Shown here: in pieces, positions 1 through 11,734 of the stretch
Layout: each line of letters starts with the position of its first letter
Position numbering within the stretch: the stretch's first letter is position 1
Assembly (NCBI GenBank): GCA_943914465.1
Contig: CALUCD010000006.1
Location: forward strand, 67,234 to 131,233
Reading direction: 5' to 3'
DNA: 64,000 nt
Origin: an uncultured Corynebacterium sp.
GTDB taxonomy: Bacteria > Actinomycetota > Actinomycetes > Mycobacteriales > Mycobacteriaceae
Position numbers and translations under genes: made by a program
The notes under the pieces: generated by a model
Databases searched by the model: none
What the model saw: only the letters and a program-made list of their open reading frames with translations
What the model was told of the DNA's origin: nothing

Positions 1-129
1 TTCGTGCTCGTGGTCGGTCATAGCCTCGGTGGTAGTAGGAGTGCTGGTTTCATCAGATTGCGCGCATCCAGTCAAAGTCATGCCTGTGGCGAGGATGGCA
101 GCGGCGGCAACGGTGAGTGTTCGTGTAGT
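1..129 (-). CDS. Partial putative lipoprotein (N-terminus only; gene continues beyond window start)
   Basis: Reverse-strand ATG (complement of 127-129) followed by MHMTTRTLTVAAAAILATGMTLTGC..., a classic signal peptide plus lipobox (LTGC). Sits immediately downstream of copZ on the same strand. Only about 43 codons are inside the window. Confidence 0.3.
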
Positions 130-172
130 CATGTGCATTGCTCCTTGGTGTCGGGCTTTTCAGTTTTGGGCT

Positions 173-385
173 CTAGTTTCGGGTTGCTGTGTAGCCAGCC
201 TCATCGACTGCGGCGAGCACGGCAGCATCGTCAATCCTCTGTTCGCTCGTGATAGAGAGATCGCCGGTTTGAGCGCTGACATCAATGTCGGTGACTCCGG
301 GAATTTGCGAGACTTCCTCACGTACTGCGTTTTCGCAGTGCCCGCAGCTCATCCCGGTCACGGTATAGGAGGTGGTAGTTGCCAT
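173..385 (-). CDS. copZ: Copper chaperone CopZ (heavy-metal-associated domain protein)
   Basis: About 70 aa with the GMSCGHC metal-binding motif of HMA domains. The internal ATG at 385 is preceded by GGAAAGGGG, a better start than ORF-track M1 at 406. Confidence 0.8.
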   Translation of the reverse strand: MATTTSYTVTGMSCGHCENAVREEVSQIPGVTDIDVSAQTGDLSITSEQRIDDAAVLAAVDEAGYTATRN

Positions 386-436
386 TGTGCATAAACCCCT
401 TTCCAATCTTCAGTGAGTGGGAACACACGCCACGAT

Positions 437-453
437 ATACCCCTAGGGGGTAT
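437..453. promoter_or_regulatory. CsoR-type operator-like GC-rich inverted repeat ATACCCC-TAG-GGGGTAT in the copZ / CDF divergent promoter region
   Basis: Seen directly: 7-bp perfect arms with a 3-bp spacer, between copZ (minus) and the CDF transporter (plus). Resembles published CsoR/RicR operators (ATACCC...GGGGTAT type) of Bacillus, Corynebacterium and Mycobacterium. Confidence 0.5.
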
Positions 454-520
454 TTGTCGAGGGTTAATCCGGATGGCGCCCCCATCCTAGGCGCTACTAC
501 GGCGAGGCTCTGGGGTACCA

Positions 521-1138
521 TTGCTGGCCATGGCGGCGGATCGGATCAGGCGCGCGGTGCTCATCGTCGCGCTGCTCAACCTTGCATACTTTTTCGTCGA
601 ATTCATCGTGGCTGCCTCAATCGGGTCGGCAGCGCTTTTCGCAGACTCCGCAGATTTTTTAGAAGACACCGCCATTAACCTGCTCGTGTTTTTCGCGGTC
701 GCGTGGTCAGCCCCGCGCCGGCGCGCCGTTGGCGGTGTCCTGGCATTGCTTATCCTCATTCCTGCGGTCGCTGCGCTGGGTGTTGTGATCTACAAGCTCA
801 TCAACCCAGTCGCGCCGCCACCGGAAGGCTTGACGCTGACCGCAGCGGGCGCACTGATTGTCAACGTGGTTTGCGCGATTATCCTCCTACGCGTGCGCAA
901 CACCGGGTCATCGCTGACCACCGGAGCATGGCTGGCAGCACGCAATGACGCGTTGGCAAACGTTTTGATCATTGTCGCTGGCCTACTCACGTTTGTCTGG
1001 TCAACCGCCTGGTTCGACATCATTGCAGGAGCCGTCATCGCCGCAGTGAACTTTTCCGCGTTCAAAGAGGTATGGGAAGAATCGCGCGAAGAACACGATT
1101 CCGTGGAGGAAGCCTTTGCGGAGATGGACGACGACTAA
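521..1138 (+). CDS. Cation diffusion facilitator (CDF) family metal efflux transporter, short form without C-terminal cytoplasmic domain
   Basis: 205 aa, six predicted TM helices. CDF-like TM2 and TM5 metal-site segments are FADSADFLED and ARNDALANV. Confidence 0.55.
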   Translation: MLAMAADRIRRAVLIVALLNLAYFFVEFIVAASIGSAALFADSADFLEDTAINLLVFFAVAWSAPRRRAVGGVLALLILIPAVAALGVVIYKLINPVAPPPEGLTLTAAGALIVNVVCAIILLRVRNTGSSLTTGAWLAARNDALANVLIIVAGLLTFVWSTAWFDIIAGAVIAAVNFSAFKEVWEESREEHDSVEEAFAEMDDD

Positions 1139-1202
1139 CCGGCACTTACGCCTCCGCACCGCCTTCCGAGGTGGCGTGGTGGACGGGTCGGCCATTTTTT
1201 CG

Positions 1203-1787
1203 CTACACCCAAACCCCTGAGGCGCCGCGGCGCCACGTTCCAACCAGGTTGGTATCCACGATGCCGACTGATTCCATGAGCGCATACATATTGACTGGCC
1301 CCACCAAGGTGAAGCCACGGTTTTTCAACTCCTTTGCCAGTGCCTCTGACTCAGGCGAGCGTGAAGGTACCTCTTGCATTGTGCGTGGTTCAGGGGTGCG
1401 CTCCGGTTGGTAGGACCAGATCAGATCCGCGAGATTGGTATCGTCTTCGCGCAGCTGCAGCGTGGCCTGTGCGTTTGTCACCACAGCGCCGAGTTTTCGC
1501 CGGTTGCGTATCACTGAAGCGTCGTCAAGCAGGTGCTCAATGCTGCACATACGGGCGACGCGGTCAGGGTCAAACCCGTAGAACGCCCGGCGCAGCGCAT
1601 CCCTTCGTTGCAAAACGAGCCGCCACGATAAACCCACTTGAAACCCCTGAAGGCAGACGTGTTCGAACATTGCGGCTTCATTGCGTACCGGCATGCCCCA
1701 TTCGGTGTCGTAGTACACCTGCAAGAGTGGGTCTGTCGTTGCCCACGGTGGGCGCGCCAGTCCATCAGGACCGACAACAGGACACAT
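1203..1787 (-). CDS. tag: DNA-3-methyladenine glycosylase I
   Basis: Tag-family motifs CPVVG...YYDTEWGMP...FEHVCLQGFQVGLSW...IRNRRKLGAVVTNA. The long ORF-track N-terminus (to 1931) is arginine-rich junk; start placed at MCPVVG (195 aa). Confidence 0.75.
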   Translation of the reverse strand: MCPVVGPDGLARPPWATTDPLLQVYYDTEWGMPVRNEAAMFEHVCLQGFQVGLSWRLVLQRRDALRRAFYGFDPDRVARMCSIEHLLDDASVIRNRRKLGAVVTNAQATLQLREDDTNLADLIWSYQPERTPEPRTMQEVPSRSPESEALAKELKNRGFTLVGPVNMYALMESVGIVDTNLVGTWRRGASGVWV

Positions 1788-1863
1788 CTGTTTCGTTTGT
1801 CGTATTGGCATAGCTATTCGACGTTTGCTGTCCCGGCTCGGTTCCATGGGTAGGGTGAGTGCC

Positions 1864-2271
1864 ATGAATCGGCCAGCTGTCCGCGACTTCGCTCTACTCC
1901 TTTTGCGCCTCGTTCTCGGCGCTGTGTTCATCGCCCGCGGCTACCAGCGGTGGTTTGGGGAAGGTATGGCCCGATCGGCTGACGACCTCGCTGCTGCCGG
2001 TGTGCCACAACCCCAGATCAGTGCGTATGTGGTCGGCACGGTTGAGCTGATTGCCGGTGCGTTTCTCATCGTTGGGCTACTCACCACCATCGCGGCCGCG
2101 GTGCTGGCGGTGCTGGTGCTGGCCTCCGGGTACTTCTTCAACCTGGGCAACGGCTTCTTTGTCCAAGATGGCGGAATTGAGTACGCGCTGGTGCTCGCAG
2201 CTGCACTGTTCATCCTCATGGTGTTTGGAACCGGACGCGCCAGCCTAGACGGCGCTCTCACGCGGGCCTGA
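1864..2271 (+). CDS. DoxX family membrane protein
   Basis: Small hydrophobic protein with a DoxX-like pattern (LLLLRLVLGAVFIARGYQ...). Start placed at MNRPAVRD. Confidence 0.55.
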   Translation: MNRPAVRDFALLLLRLVLGAVFIARGYQRWFGEGMARSADDLAAAGVPQPQISAYVVGTVELIAGAFLIVGLLTTIAAAVLAVLVLASGYFFNLGNGFFVQDGGIEYALVLAAALFILMVFGTGRASLDGALTRA

Positions 2272-2300
2272 TCAACCGCAGAGGCGCTCAATGGGTGGTG

Positions 2301-3824
2301 CTAACTCCAGCTCGGCAGCCACATGATGGATTGGAAGTAACCTTCAGGGATCGTGATCCCGTAGAGGATCGGGCCCCAGTAAAAGAAACTCGCGGCGACG
2401 ACGACGAGGTACGCCAAGGCTGCAAGCTGGCCTGACCGCACCGGCACACCTGTGATCTTGAGCAGCGACGGCGAACGCACGAGTTGGCCTCGCTGCGCGA
2501 GGTTGCCCAACGCGAGGGCGATCAATACTGCGCTGAACGGCAGCAACGCGGTGGCGTAGAAGAAGTACATCTGCCGGTCAAACGCTGCAAGCCACGGCAC
2601 AAAGCCAGCGAGAAAGCCGATCAACGGCACGATGACGCGGTAATCCTGGCGGGTCAGCCACACCCAGCCTGCCCAGACTAAGACCGGTACCGTCAGCCAC
2701 CAGATCGCAGGTGTGCCAAAGAGGTAGATCATCTCGCGGCAGGTCCCGCCATTGCCGCATTCAATTTCCGTGGCGGAAGAGTAGAGGATCGGGCGAGCGG
2801 CGACCAACCACGCCCACGGTTTTGAATCCCATGGGTGTGAATGTCCAGCTGAAGATGTCAGCGATCCGTGAAAGTTGAGAACAGACAGGTGATAGTACAA
2901 CCAGTTCGCTGCGGTGTCCGGCAGGTGCGCAAGCCACGGCCAGTCCGATTCGCCGACTGTGCCGTCCTCAACGGCATGGCGATACACCGAGGTCTCAGAC
3001 GCGAACCAGGCGCGCCAGGACCAGATGTAGAGCAATGCCGGCACCGCGACGATCGAAGCGAGCGCTGAGGGGACATCTCGAATGAGTGTCGCCGCAACCG
3101 GCTTGGCTACTCCGTAGCGTCTCCGCAGCCACAGATCCCAAAACGAGCTGAGCAGACCGAAAAACGCGATGTAGTACAAACCTGACCACTTGACCCCCAA
3201 CGCTAGGCCGAGCAGTACACCCGTGGAAAAACGCCACCACCGGAATCCCAGCCGTGGACCGTAGCTGCCAGTTGTGTCCAGCTTGCCGCTTTCCCACGCG
3301 TCGTGCCATCGGTGGTGCACCTGGCGCATGTCACCCGCGAGCGTCCACGCCGCGGCGGTGACAAACCACACCTGGAAGATATCGAGCATGCCGAATTTAG
3401 ATGAGACAAGCAAAACCCCATCGAACAGGGCGATCGTCCCCGCGAACACGCCGATTGTGGTCGACTGAGATAACCGGCGTGCGAGGAGAAAAACGAACAC
3501 GACAACCGCGCTGCCAAAGAGAGCGGTCATAATGCGCCACCCGAGCGGGGTATACCCAAACAGTGCCTCACCCATGGCAAGCAGTTGCTTGCCCAGCGGG
3601 GGGTGGACTACAAGACCGTAGCCCGGGTTTGATTCGATGCCACCAAGGATGGGGTTGAACGTGCTGCGCACCATATCCCAGCCCTGAGGGACATAGTGCT
3701 TCTCATCGAAAATGGGTGTGCCGGATGACGTGGGCTGTGTTAGCCCCAAAAATCGCGTAAACAGCGCCAAGGCTGTGAGCGTCGCCGCAGCGATGGTGTC
3801 TCGTCGGCTCCAGGGCACTGTCAC
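2301..3824 (-). CDS. pmt: Protein O-mannosyltransferase (dolichyl-phosphate-mannose protein mannosyltransferase family)
   Basis: PMT signature HPPLGKQLLAMGEALFGYTPLGWR and a multi-TM profile. Gene order pmt-rsmI-betP-metG matches C. glutamicum and M. tuberculosis Rv1002c. The ORF-track 5' extension to 4193 is antisense to rsmI; start placed at a GTG (3822-3824), but the exact start is uncertain. Confidence 0.75.
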   Translation of the reverse strand: MTVPWSRRDTIAAATLTALALFTRFLGLTQPTSSGTPIFDEKHYVPQGWDMVRSTFNPILGGIESNPGYGLVVHPPLGKQLLAMGEALFGYTPLGWRIMTALFGSAVVVFVFLLARRLSQSTTIGVFAGTIALFDGVLLVSSKFGMLDIFQVWFVTAAAWTLAGDMRQVHHRWHDAWESGKLDTTGSYGPRLGFRWWRFSTGVLLGLALGVKWSGLYYIAFFGLLSSFWDLWLRRRYGVAKPVAATLIRDVPSALASIVAVPALLYIWSWRAWFASETSVYRHAVEDGTVGESDWPWLAHLPDTAANWLYYHLSVLNFHGSLTSSAGHSHPWDSKPWAWLVAARPILYSSATEIECGNGGTCREMIYLFGTPAIWWLTVPVLVWAGWVWLTRQDYRVIVPLIGFLAGFVPWLAAFDRQMYFFYATALLPFSAVLIALALGNLAQRGQLVRSPSLLKITGVPVRSGQLAALAYLVVVAASFFYWGPILYGITIPEGYFQSIMWLPSWS

Positions 3825-3972
3825 CGGCGCACCAGGGGCAGGGCGCAGAGGCCGCGGCGGCTGCGTCGAGCTCGAGGCGCGCGGGTCGGGGGCCTGCGCG
3901 CTGTCCTCGGTGGTGGGGGCGATCGTGTTCACGCGAATGGATATTAGCTCGCCGCGCGTAGGCTGTGGACCT

Positions 3973-4839
3973 ATGGTCGCCACATCGGATAACGTCGTGC
4001 CCGATTTTCCGCAAACCGGAGTGGTGCTTGCAGCTACTCCGCTGGGCAATATCGGCGATGCATCCCCGCGGCTGCGCATGGCGCTTGAACAGGCGGATGT
4101 CATCGCGGCTGAAGACACGCGTCGGACCCGCGCACTGGCGGCGGCCCTCGGGGTTGAACTCGGGGCGCGCGTGGTGTCGAACTTCGACCACAACGAAGAA
4201 CAACGCAGGGAGGAGTTACTTCGTCACGCTAGGAGCGGCGTTGTGGTGGTTGTTACCGATGCGGGCATGCCGCTGGTCTCCGACCCAGGGCATGCGATTG
4301 TTGCTGCCGCGCACGACATGGGTGTGCCGGTGACGTGCATCCCCGGGCCGTCGGCTGCGACCACTGCGCTCGCGCTCAGCGGGTTGAATGTCGGGCAGTT
4401 CATTTTCGACGGCTTTGCGCCCCGCAAGCCTGGTGCGCGCGAGACGTGGTTGGAATCGCTGGTTCATGAACGACGCGCGATCTGCTTTTTTGAATCCCCG
4501 CACCGCATTGCGGTGACCCTGGCAGACGCCGCTCGAATCCTCGGCCCCGAACGGCGTGCTGCGGTGTGCCGGGAACTGACCAAAACCTATGAGGAAGTCA
4601 AACGTGCACCTCTCGGTGAGCTTGCCCAGTGGGCGCAGGACGGTCTACGAGGGGAGATCACCGTCGTTGTTGAAGGCGGTCAGGCACGCGAGGTCGAACC
4701 GGACGCGCTGGTCACAGAGGTGGCGCGTCAAATCGAGGCAGGGCAGCGGATGAAGGATGCGGTCAAGGAGGTAGCGAAGCGCTACGACGTGAAGGTGGGT
4801 GACCTCTACGCAGCGGTCGTCGAAAAGCGGAAATGGTAG
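3973..4839 (+). CDS. rsmI: 16S rRNA (cytidine1402-2'-O)-methyltransferase RsmI (tetrapyrrole-methylase fold)
   Basis: LAATPLGNIGDASPRL...DTRRTRAL...VTDAGMPLVSDPG...IPGPSAATTALALSGL match the RsmI family. Start taken at MVATSD (3973); an alternative ATG lies at 3937. Confidence 0.8.
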   Translation: MVATSDNVVPDFPQTGVVLAATPLGNIGDASPRLRMALEQADVIAAEDTRRTRALAAALGVELGARVVSNFDHNEEQRREELLRHARSGVVVVVTDAGMPLVSDPGHAIVAAAHDMGVPVTCIPGPSAATTALALSGLNVGQFIFDGFAPRKPGARETWLESLVHERRAICFFESPHRIAVTLADAARILGPERRAAVCRELTKTYEEVKRAPLGELAQWAQDGLRGEITVVVEGGQAREVEPDALVTEVARQIEAGQRMKDAVKEVAKRYDVKVGDLYAAVVEKRKW

Positions 4840-4926
4840 CACATATTGCGGAGGGTCATGAATGTTGCGGCGATTGGGTACTCTTCATGTGCTTTACGTT
4901 TATCCGATGATTTTTGAGGAGTCTTC

Positions 4927-6729
4927 ATGTCGCAACGTGATGTGAGCCAGAAATCGACTGCACATCCTGACGCACAACCCGAGACGCAAGAAGAAACCTC
5001 GGCGGCGGGCGCGCTCGCCGCGCTGATAGAGGCAGACCAACGCGGCGAGTTAGACACCGCTTTAGCCGCAACCCCCGAAGACCATGTTGAGATGCGGTCA
5101 GAGGATGAAAATGCCCGGATCGACTGGGTCATTGTCTTTCCTCTCGCTGTCATTATTGCCGCGGTTGTGGCGTGGGGTTTGTTCGGAAGCGCGAGCTTCA
5201 CACATTTCTCAAGTGAGGCGTTTAGCTGGGTGCTTGCCAACCTTGGCTGGGCGTTCGTGTTGTTCGGGACCGGATTCGTCGCCTTTGTCCTCGTCATTGC
5301 CTTTTCCGGGTTTGGCAAGATCCGGCTTGGTGCCAATGATGAGCAGCCGGAGTTTCGCACCTCAAGCTGGATTGCGATGATGTTCGCTGCCGGTATGGGG
5401 ATCGGCCTGATGTTCTACGGGGCATCCGAACCACTCGCGATGTATCGCGACGGAGTGCCTGGACATGACCCGCATGAGGTCGACACCGCTATGGCACAGA
5501 CCATGTTCCACTGGACGCTGCACCCTTGGGCGGTGTACGCGATCATCGGGCTCGCCATCGCCTACTCCACGTTTCGGCTGGGGCGCAAACAGCTCCTGTC
5601 CTCCGCGTTCGTGCCGCTGATTGGGCAAAGGTTAGCGGACGGATGGCTGGGCAAGCTGATTGATGGCCTAGCAATCTTTGCGACGATCTTTGGCACCGCC
5701 TGTTCGCTTGGTTTAGGCGCGTTACAGATCACTTCCGGCCTGCAAGCATCGGGGTTTGTGGACAATCCTTCGACGCGGCTGACGATCGGTATTATTACTG
5801 TGCTGACCCTGGCTTTTTTGCTTTCTGCAATGTCAGGTGTGAGCAAGGGGATTCAATGGTTGTCGAACTTCAACATGGTCGTCGCCGCACTGCTGGCCAT
5901 CTTCGTGTTTGTCGTCGGCCCGACGGTGTCCATACTCAACATGCTGCCAACCTCGCTGGGTATGTACCTGCAGCAATTCTTCGAGATGGCCAGTCGCACC
6001 GCAGAAAGCGCCGATGGTGAAGCTGGTGAATTCCTCTCTGGATGGACCATCTTCTACTGGGCCTGGTGGATCTCTTGGTCACCGTTCGTGGGGATGTTCC
6101 TTGCCCGTATCTCCCGCGGTCGAACAATTCGTGAATTCTGCCTCGGCGTGATGCTGGTGCCGGCTGGGTTGTCGACAGTGTGGTTTGCCATCTTCGGCGG
6201 CACCGCGATCAAGTTCGAGCAGATGGGCGATTCGATCTACGGCGACGGCACCAACGAGGAGCAGCTGTTCAACCTGCTGCATGCATTGCCCGGGGGGTAT
6301 TTCATGGGAATCTTCGCCGTGATCTTGCTGGGCACCTTCTTCATCACCTCCGCAGATTCAGCCTCCACGGTGATGGCATCGATGTCTCAAAACGGCAAGG
6401 CCAACGCGAAGCCATGGTTGGCCGCGATCTGGGGCGTAGCCACCGCGTTTGTTGGTCTCACCCTATTGATAACCGGCGGTTCGGACGCGCTCGGCGCATT
6501 GCAGAACGCGACCATCGTGGCCGCCTCACCGTTTCTCATTATTCTGATTGCTTTGACGTTTGCCATCGTCAAAGACGTCTCCAACGACTCGCTTTACCTG
6601 GCGCGGAAGGAGGAACAGCGCTTCTCACGCCAACTGGCGATCGAGCGCCGGGCGCATCGTGACCAGGCAGAGTTTGAGGCGCGTAAGCGGCAGGTGAAGG
6701 ACATGTTGAAGACAAGGGAGCGTCGCTAA
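4927..6729 (+). CDS. betP: Glycine betaine transporter BetP (BCCT family)
   Basis: 600 aa BCCT protein with long conserved stretches ([24 protein letters not shown]..., [58 protein letters not shown]) that, from memory and not a database search, closely match C. glutamicum BetP. Same position between rsmI and metG as in C. glutamicum. AGGAG lies before the ATG. Confidence 0.8.
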   Translation: MSQRDVSQKSTAHPDAQPETQEETSAAGALAALIEADQRGELDTALAATPEDHVEMRSEDENARIDWVIVFPLAVIIAAVVAWGLFGSASFTHFSSEAFSWVLANLGWAFVLFGTGFVAFVLVIAFSGFGKIRLGANDEQPEFRTSSWIAMMFAAGMGIGLMFYGASEPLAMYRDGVPGHDPHEVDTAMAQTMFHWTLHPWAVYAIIGLAIAYSTFRLGRKQLLSSAFVPLIGQRLADGWLGKLIDGLAIFATIFGTACSLGLGALQITSGLQASGFVDNPSTRLTIGIITVLTLAFLLSAMSGVSKGIQWLSNFNMVVAALLAIFVFVVGPTVSILNMLPTSLGMYLQQFFEMASRTAESADGEAGEFLSGWTIFYWAWWISWSPFVGMFLARISRGRTIREFCLGVMLVPAGLSTVWFAIFGGTAIKFEQMGDSIYGDGTNEEQLFNLLHALPGGYFMGIFAVILLGTFFITSADSASTVMASMSQNGKANAKPWLAAIWGVATAFVGLTLLITGGSDALGALQNATIVAASPFLIILIALTFAIVKDVSNDSLYLARKEEQRFSRQLAIERRAHRDQAEFEARKRQVKDMLKTRERR

Positions 6730-6761
6730 GTGGCGCAGCCCAATCACTTATGCTTGGTGGC

Positions 6762-8597
6762 ATGACTGGTTCCCAAAACGTTCTTGTGTGTGTGGCGTGG
6801 CCTTATGCAAACGGGCCGCGCCACATTGGGCATGTCGCCGGATTCGGTGTCCCATCCGACGTTTTCGCACGCTACCAGCGAATGTCGGGCAAGAACGTGC
6901 TGATGGTCTCAGGCACGGACGAGCACGGCACACCGCTGCTGGTGCAAGCCGACAAAGAAGGCGTGACCGTCAAAGAACTGGCGGATCGCTACAACGAGCA
7001 GATTGTGCGTGACCTTGCGGGCCTGGGATTGTCCTACGACCTGTTCACTCGCACCACAACGCGCAACCACTACGCAGTGGTGCAACAACTGTTTAAAGGC
7101 CTGTATGCCAATGGGTACATGGTCAAGGAAACGACCCAAGGCGCAATCTCTCCATCAACCGGGCGCACGTTGCCGGACCGCTACATCGAAGGCACGTGCC
7201 CGATCTGTGGTGCCAGTGATGCCCGCGGCGATCAGTGCGATACGTGCGGCAATCAGCTCGACCCGGCGGACCTGATCAATCCGGTCTCTAAAATCAACGG
7301 TGAGACTCCAAAGTTCGTCGAGACGGAGCACTTTCTGCTCGACTTGCCAGCGCTGCACGACGCGCTCGAACAGTGGCTGAATCAGCGCCAAGATTGGCGC
7401 CCCAACGTTTTGAAGTTCTCCCTGAACCTGCTCGACGATATGCGCCCGCGAGCCATGACGCGCGACATCGACTGGGGCATCCCTGTGCCGGTAGAAGGAT
7501 GGGCAGATAACCCATCGAAAAAGCTCTACGTCTGGTTTGACGCGGTAGTGGGATACCTCTCCGCCTCCATTGAATGGGCGAAGCGCAGCGGCGACCCGCA
7601 GGCTTGGAAGCAGTTCTGGCAAGACCCCGACACCGAGGGTTACTACTTCATGGGGAAGGACAACATCACCTTCCACTCCCAGATCTGGCCAGCGGAGTTG
7701 CTCGGATACGCCGGACGCGGAGCAAAGGGTGGGAGCGAGCATGCACTCGGCCGGTTGAATCTGCCAACTGAGGTTGTCTCCTCAGAGTTTTTAACGATGT
7801 CCGGGTCCAAATTCTCGTCCTCCAAGGGGGTTGTCATCTACGTGAAGGACTTCCTTGAGGAATTCGGGCCCGACCCCCTGCGCTATTTCATCGCCGTTGC
7901 AGGACCGGAGAACAATGACACCGACTTCACCTGGGACGAGTTCGTCCGTCGTGTGAACAACGAGCTAGCAAATGGGTGGGGAAACTTAGTCAACCGGACC
8001 GTATCGATGGCGTTCAAGAACTTCGGGCGTGTCCCTCAGCCAGGCACCCTGTTACCCGCAGATGAAGCCATCTTGGCACTGGCGCAAGACACCTTCGCGA
8101 CGGCAGGTGCGGACCTGGACCGCGCGCACTTCAAAAACGCGATCTCGAAGATCATGCACGTGGTTGGTGAAGCGAACGCCTACATCGCTGAGATGGAACC
8201 GTGGAAGCTGGCCAAAGATGACACACAAACCGAGCGATTGGCCACTGTTCTGTGGACGTCGCTGCAGGTGGTCTCTGACTGCAACGCCATGTTGACGCCG
8301 TTTTTGCCGCACACTGCTCAGCAGGTGCACGAAACACTTGGTCGCAGCGGTCAATGGACAGTACCACCGCGCGTTGAGGAAGTGGTAGACGATGCTGACG
8401 TGGAGCTTGTCGGTGTAGGCCTGCCGGAAGTGGGACAGACCTACCTCACCATCACCGGTGCGTATGACCAGGAACAAGCGGTGTGGAGCCGGGTTGACGT
8501 TAACCCGGGTGCGGAGTTGGCCAAGCCACAGCCGCTGATTGCGAAGTTGGATCCCGAGCTCGGCGAGACCGGCCCGGCATGGGCTCCGGTGCAGTAG
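6762..8597 (+). CDS. metG: Methionine--tRNA ligase
   Basis: Class I aaRS N-terminus [21 protein letters not shown], Zn knuckle CPICG...CDTCG, KMSKS-like KFSSSKG. Start placed at MTGSQNV. Confidence 0.9.
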   Translation: MTGSQNVLVCVAWPYANGPRHIGHVAGFGVPSDVFARYQRMSGKNVLMVSGTDEHGTPLLVQADKEGVTVKELADRYNEQIVRDLAGLGLSYDLFTRTTTRNHYAVVQQLFKGLYANGYMVKETTQGAISPSTGRTLPDRYIEGTCPICGASDARGDQCDTCGNQLDPADLINPVSKINGETPKFVETEHFLLDLPALHDALEQWLNQRQDWRPNVLKFSLNLLDDMRPRAMTRDIDWGIPVPVEGWADNPSKKLYVWFDAVVGYLSASIEWAKRSGDPQAWKQFWQDPDTEGYYFMGKDNITFHSQIWPAELLGYAGRGAKGGSEHALGRLNLPTEVVSSEFLTMSGSKFSSSKGVVIYVKDFLEEFGPDPLRYFIAVAGPENNDTDFTWDEFVRRVNNELANGWGNLVNRTVSMAFKNFGRVPQPGTLLPADEAILALAQDTFATAGADLDRAHFKNAISKIMHVVGEANAYIAEMEPWKLAKDDTQTERLATVLWTSLQVVSDCNAMLTPFLPHTAQQVHETLGRSGQWTVPPRVEEVVDDADVELVGVGLPEVGQTYLTITGAYDQEQAVWSRVDVNPGAELAKPQPLIAKLDPELGETGPAWAPVQ

Positions 8598-8662
8598 GTT
8601 CACGTGCAACTTACAACAGGTGCTTGTGCAACTGGGCGCGCGGGTGCTTACGCTTCGATCCT

Positions 8663-9496
8663 ATGAGTAAAAAACCTCGACCCGAGCCTCGGCCAGCGGA
8701 ACGCATCCCGGGCCTGTGCGATGCACATACCCACCTCGCATCAGCGAACGCGCGCACCAAATCCGAAGTCGACGCCATGGTGGCACGTGCGGTAGATGCC
8801 GGGGTGGAGCGGATGTGCACCGTGGGCGATGGGCTGGCGGAGGCTGAACTTGCCCTTGAAGCGGCGCACTTCAACGAGCGGGTGTTTGCGGCCTGTGCCA
8901 TTCACCCCACCCGCGCGCACGAGCTTGACGCCGCCACCCGTGAGCGTTTGCGCACAATGGCGGCCGATCAACGCTGTGTGGCAGTGGGCGAGACGGGTAT
9001 TGACACATATTGGTTGAAGCACGACCCGACGCGTACCGCCCCGCTAGAAGTGCAGGAGGAAGCATTGCGGTGGCACATCGACCTCGCGGTGGCGACAGGT
9101 AAAACGCTGATGATTCACAACCGTGAGGCAGATGGGGATCTTTTCCGCATCCTCGCCGATGCACCGGAGCCCCCGCACGTGATGTTGCATTGTTTCTCAT
9201 CATCACTGGAAGTCGCGCGCGAAGCATTAGACCGTGGCTACATTCTGAGCTTCGCCGGCAACGTGACATTCAAGCCAAATCACCACTTACGCGAAGCAGC
9301 ACAGCTGGCGCCGGCGGGGCAATATCTGATTGAGACCGACGCGCCGTATATGACGCCCGAGCCGTATCGCGGAGCCCGTAACGAGCCAACCTTCATCGGC
9401 CATACAGCTCAACGAGTGGCAGACGTACGGGGGGTAGATGTGACGGTTGTTGCTGAAGAAACTCGAGAGACGTTCTCCCGCGTATTCGGTGTGTGA
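8663..9496 (+). CDS. tatD: TatD family deoxyribonuclease
   Basis: CDAHTHL metal-binding start motif and TatD-like body (ETGIDTYW..., MIHNREA..., IETDAPYMTPEPYRG). Start placed at MSKKPRPE. Confidence 0.8.
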   Translation: MSKKPRPEPRPAERIPGLCDAHTHLASANARTKSEVDAMVARAVDAGVERMCTVGDGLAEAELALEAAHFNERVFAACAIHPTRAHELDAATRERLRTMAADQRCVAVGETGIDTYWLKHDPTRTAPLEVQEEALRWHIDLAVATGKTLMIHNREADGDLFRILADAPEPPHVMLHCFSSSLEVAREALDRGYILSFAGNVTFKPNHHLREAAQLAPAGQYLIETDAPYMTPEPYRGARNEPTFIGHTAQRVADVRGVDVTVVAEETRETFSRVFGV

Positions 9497-9571
9497 CACG
9501 CCACCTTTTTGTTGCAATGGCTTGTCATACCCATGCTTGTTACCGTATTGTTACCGAGAACTAAAGTCTGA

Positions 9572-10816
<1,245 letters not shown>

Positions 10817-10870
10817 TCAAGATCTGGGGATTCGCGAGACGCAGCGGTGCGAGTGACTCATTGACATCAC

Positions 10871-11734
10871 ATGAGTGACTCACACCTGTTAGGACCGGTT
10901 GAGATCCGTCAGCTAGCGGATGAGCTGCACCTCACGCCGACGAAGAAGCTTGGCCAGAACTTCGTCCACGACCCGAACACTGTTCGCCGCATTGTCGCGG
11001 CAGCGCAGTTGGAGGATTCAGACGTGGTTGTGGAGGTAGGTCCTGGCCTTGGTTCGCTTACGCTCGGCCTCATTGACACAGCGAGTCGCGTGATCGCACT
11101 CGAAATTGACCAACGTCTCGCGGGGCGGCTGCCAGCTACTGTGGATCAGCGCGCGCCGGTTTACTCGGAACGGTTGATTGTGCGCAATGTCGATGCGCTG
11201 CACGTCACGCAAGGCGATATGCCGCATCAACCGACAGCCTTGGTGGCCAATCTGCCGTACAACGTATCTGTCCCCGTGCTGCTTCACCTGTTGGAAGAGT
11301 TCCCAAGCATTGCTCGAGTGCTGGTGATGGTGCAAAAGGAAGTCGCCGACCGTTTGGCTGCGAAACCTGGTTCGAAAATATATGGGGTCCCCAGCGTGAA
11401 ATCCGCGTTCTATGGTGATGTGTCTCGTGCCGGTACCATTGGAAAACACGTTTTCTGGCCTGCGCCGAACATTGAATCAGGTCTGGTCCGCATCGACGTG
11501 ACGTCTGCACATCATCGCGCATTGCGGGAGCCAGTGTTCATGTTGGTTGACGCGGCATTCGCTCAGCGCCGAAAGACTTTACGCTCGACGCTTGCAGGAG
11601 TGTTCGGATCCCCTGCCGAGGCAGAAGATGCCTTGCTAGCTGCGGGAATTGACCCGGGGCTTCGCGGTGAGGCATTATCCGTGGATGACTTTGTGAGGCT
11701 AGCGCAGCGGTTAGGGGAGCACCGTGTCAGTTGA
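10871..11734 (+). CDS. rsmA: 16S rRNA (adenine1518/1519-N6)-dimethyltransferase
   Basis: KsgA/RsmA motifs [28 protein letters not shown]. Confidence 0.9.
   Translation: MSDSHLLGPVEIRQLADELHLTPTKKLGQNFVHDPNTVRRIVAAAQLEDSDVVVEVGPGLGSLTLGLIDTASRVIALEIDQRLAGRLPATVDQRAPVYSERLIVRNVDALHVTQGDMPHQPTALVANLPYNVSVPVLLHLLEEFPSIARVLVMVQKEVADRLAAKPGSKIYGVPSVKSAFYGDVSRAGTIGKHVFWPAPNIESGLVRIDVTSAHHRALREPVFMLVDAAFAQRRKTLRSTLAGVFGSPAEAEDALLAAGIDPGLRGEALSVDDFVRLAQRLGEHRVS

Noticed and set aside
3703-4203. 166-aa minus-strand ORF, and the 5' part of the pmt ORF up to 4193
   Set aside because: Both overlap the well-supported rsmI gene on the opposite strand. The Pmt family N-terminus is satisfied by a GTG start near 3824.
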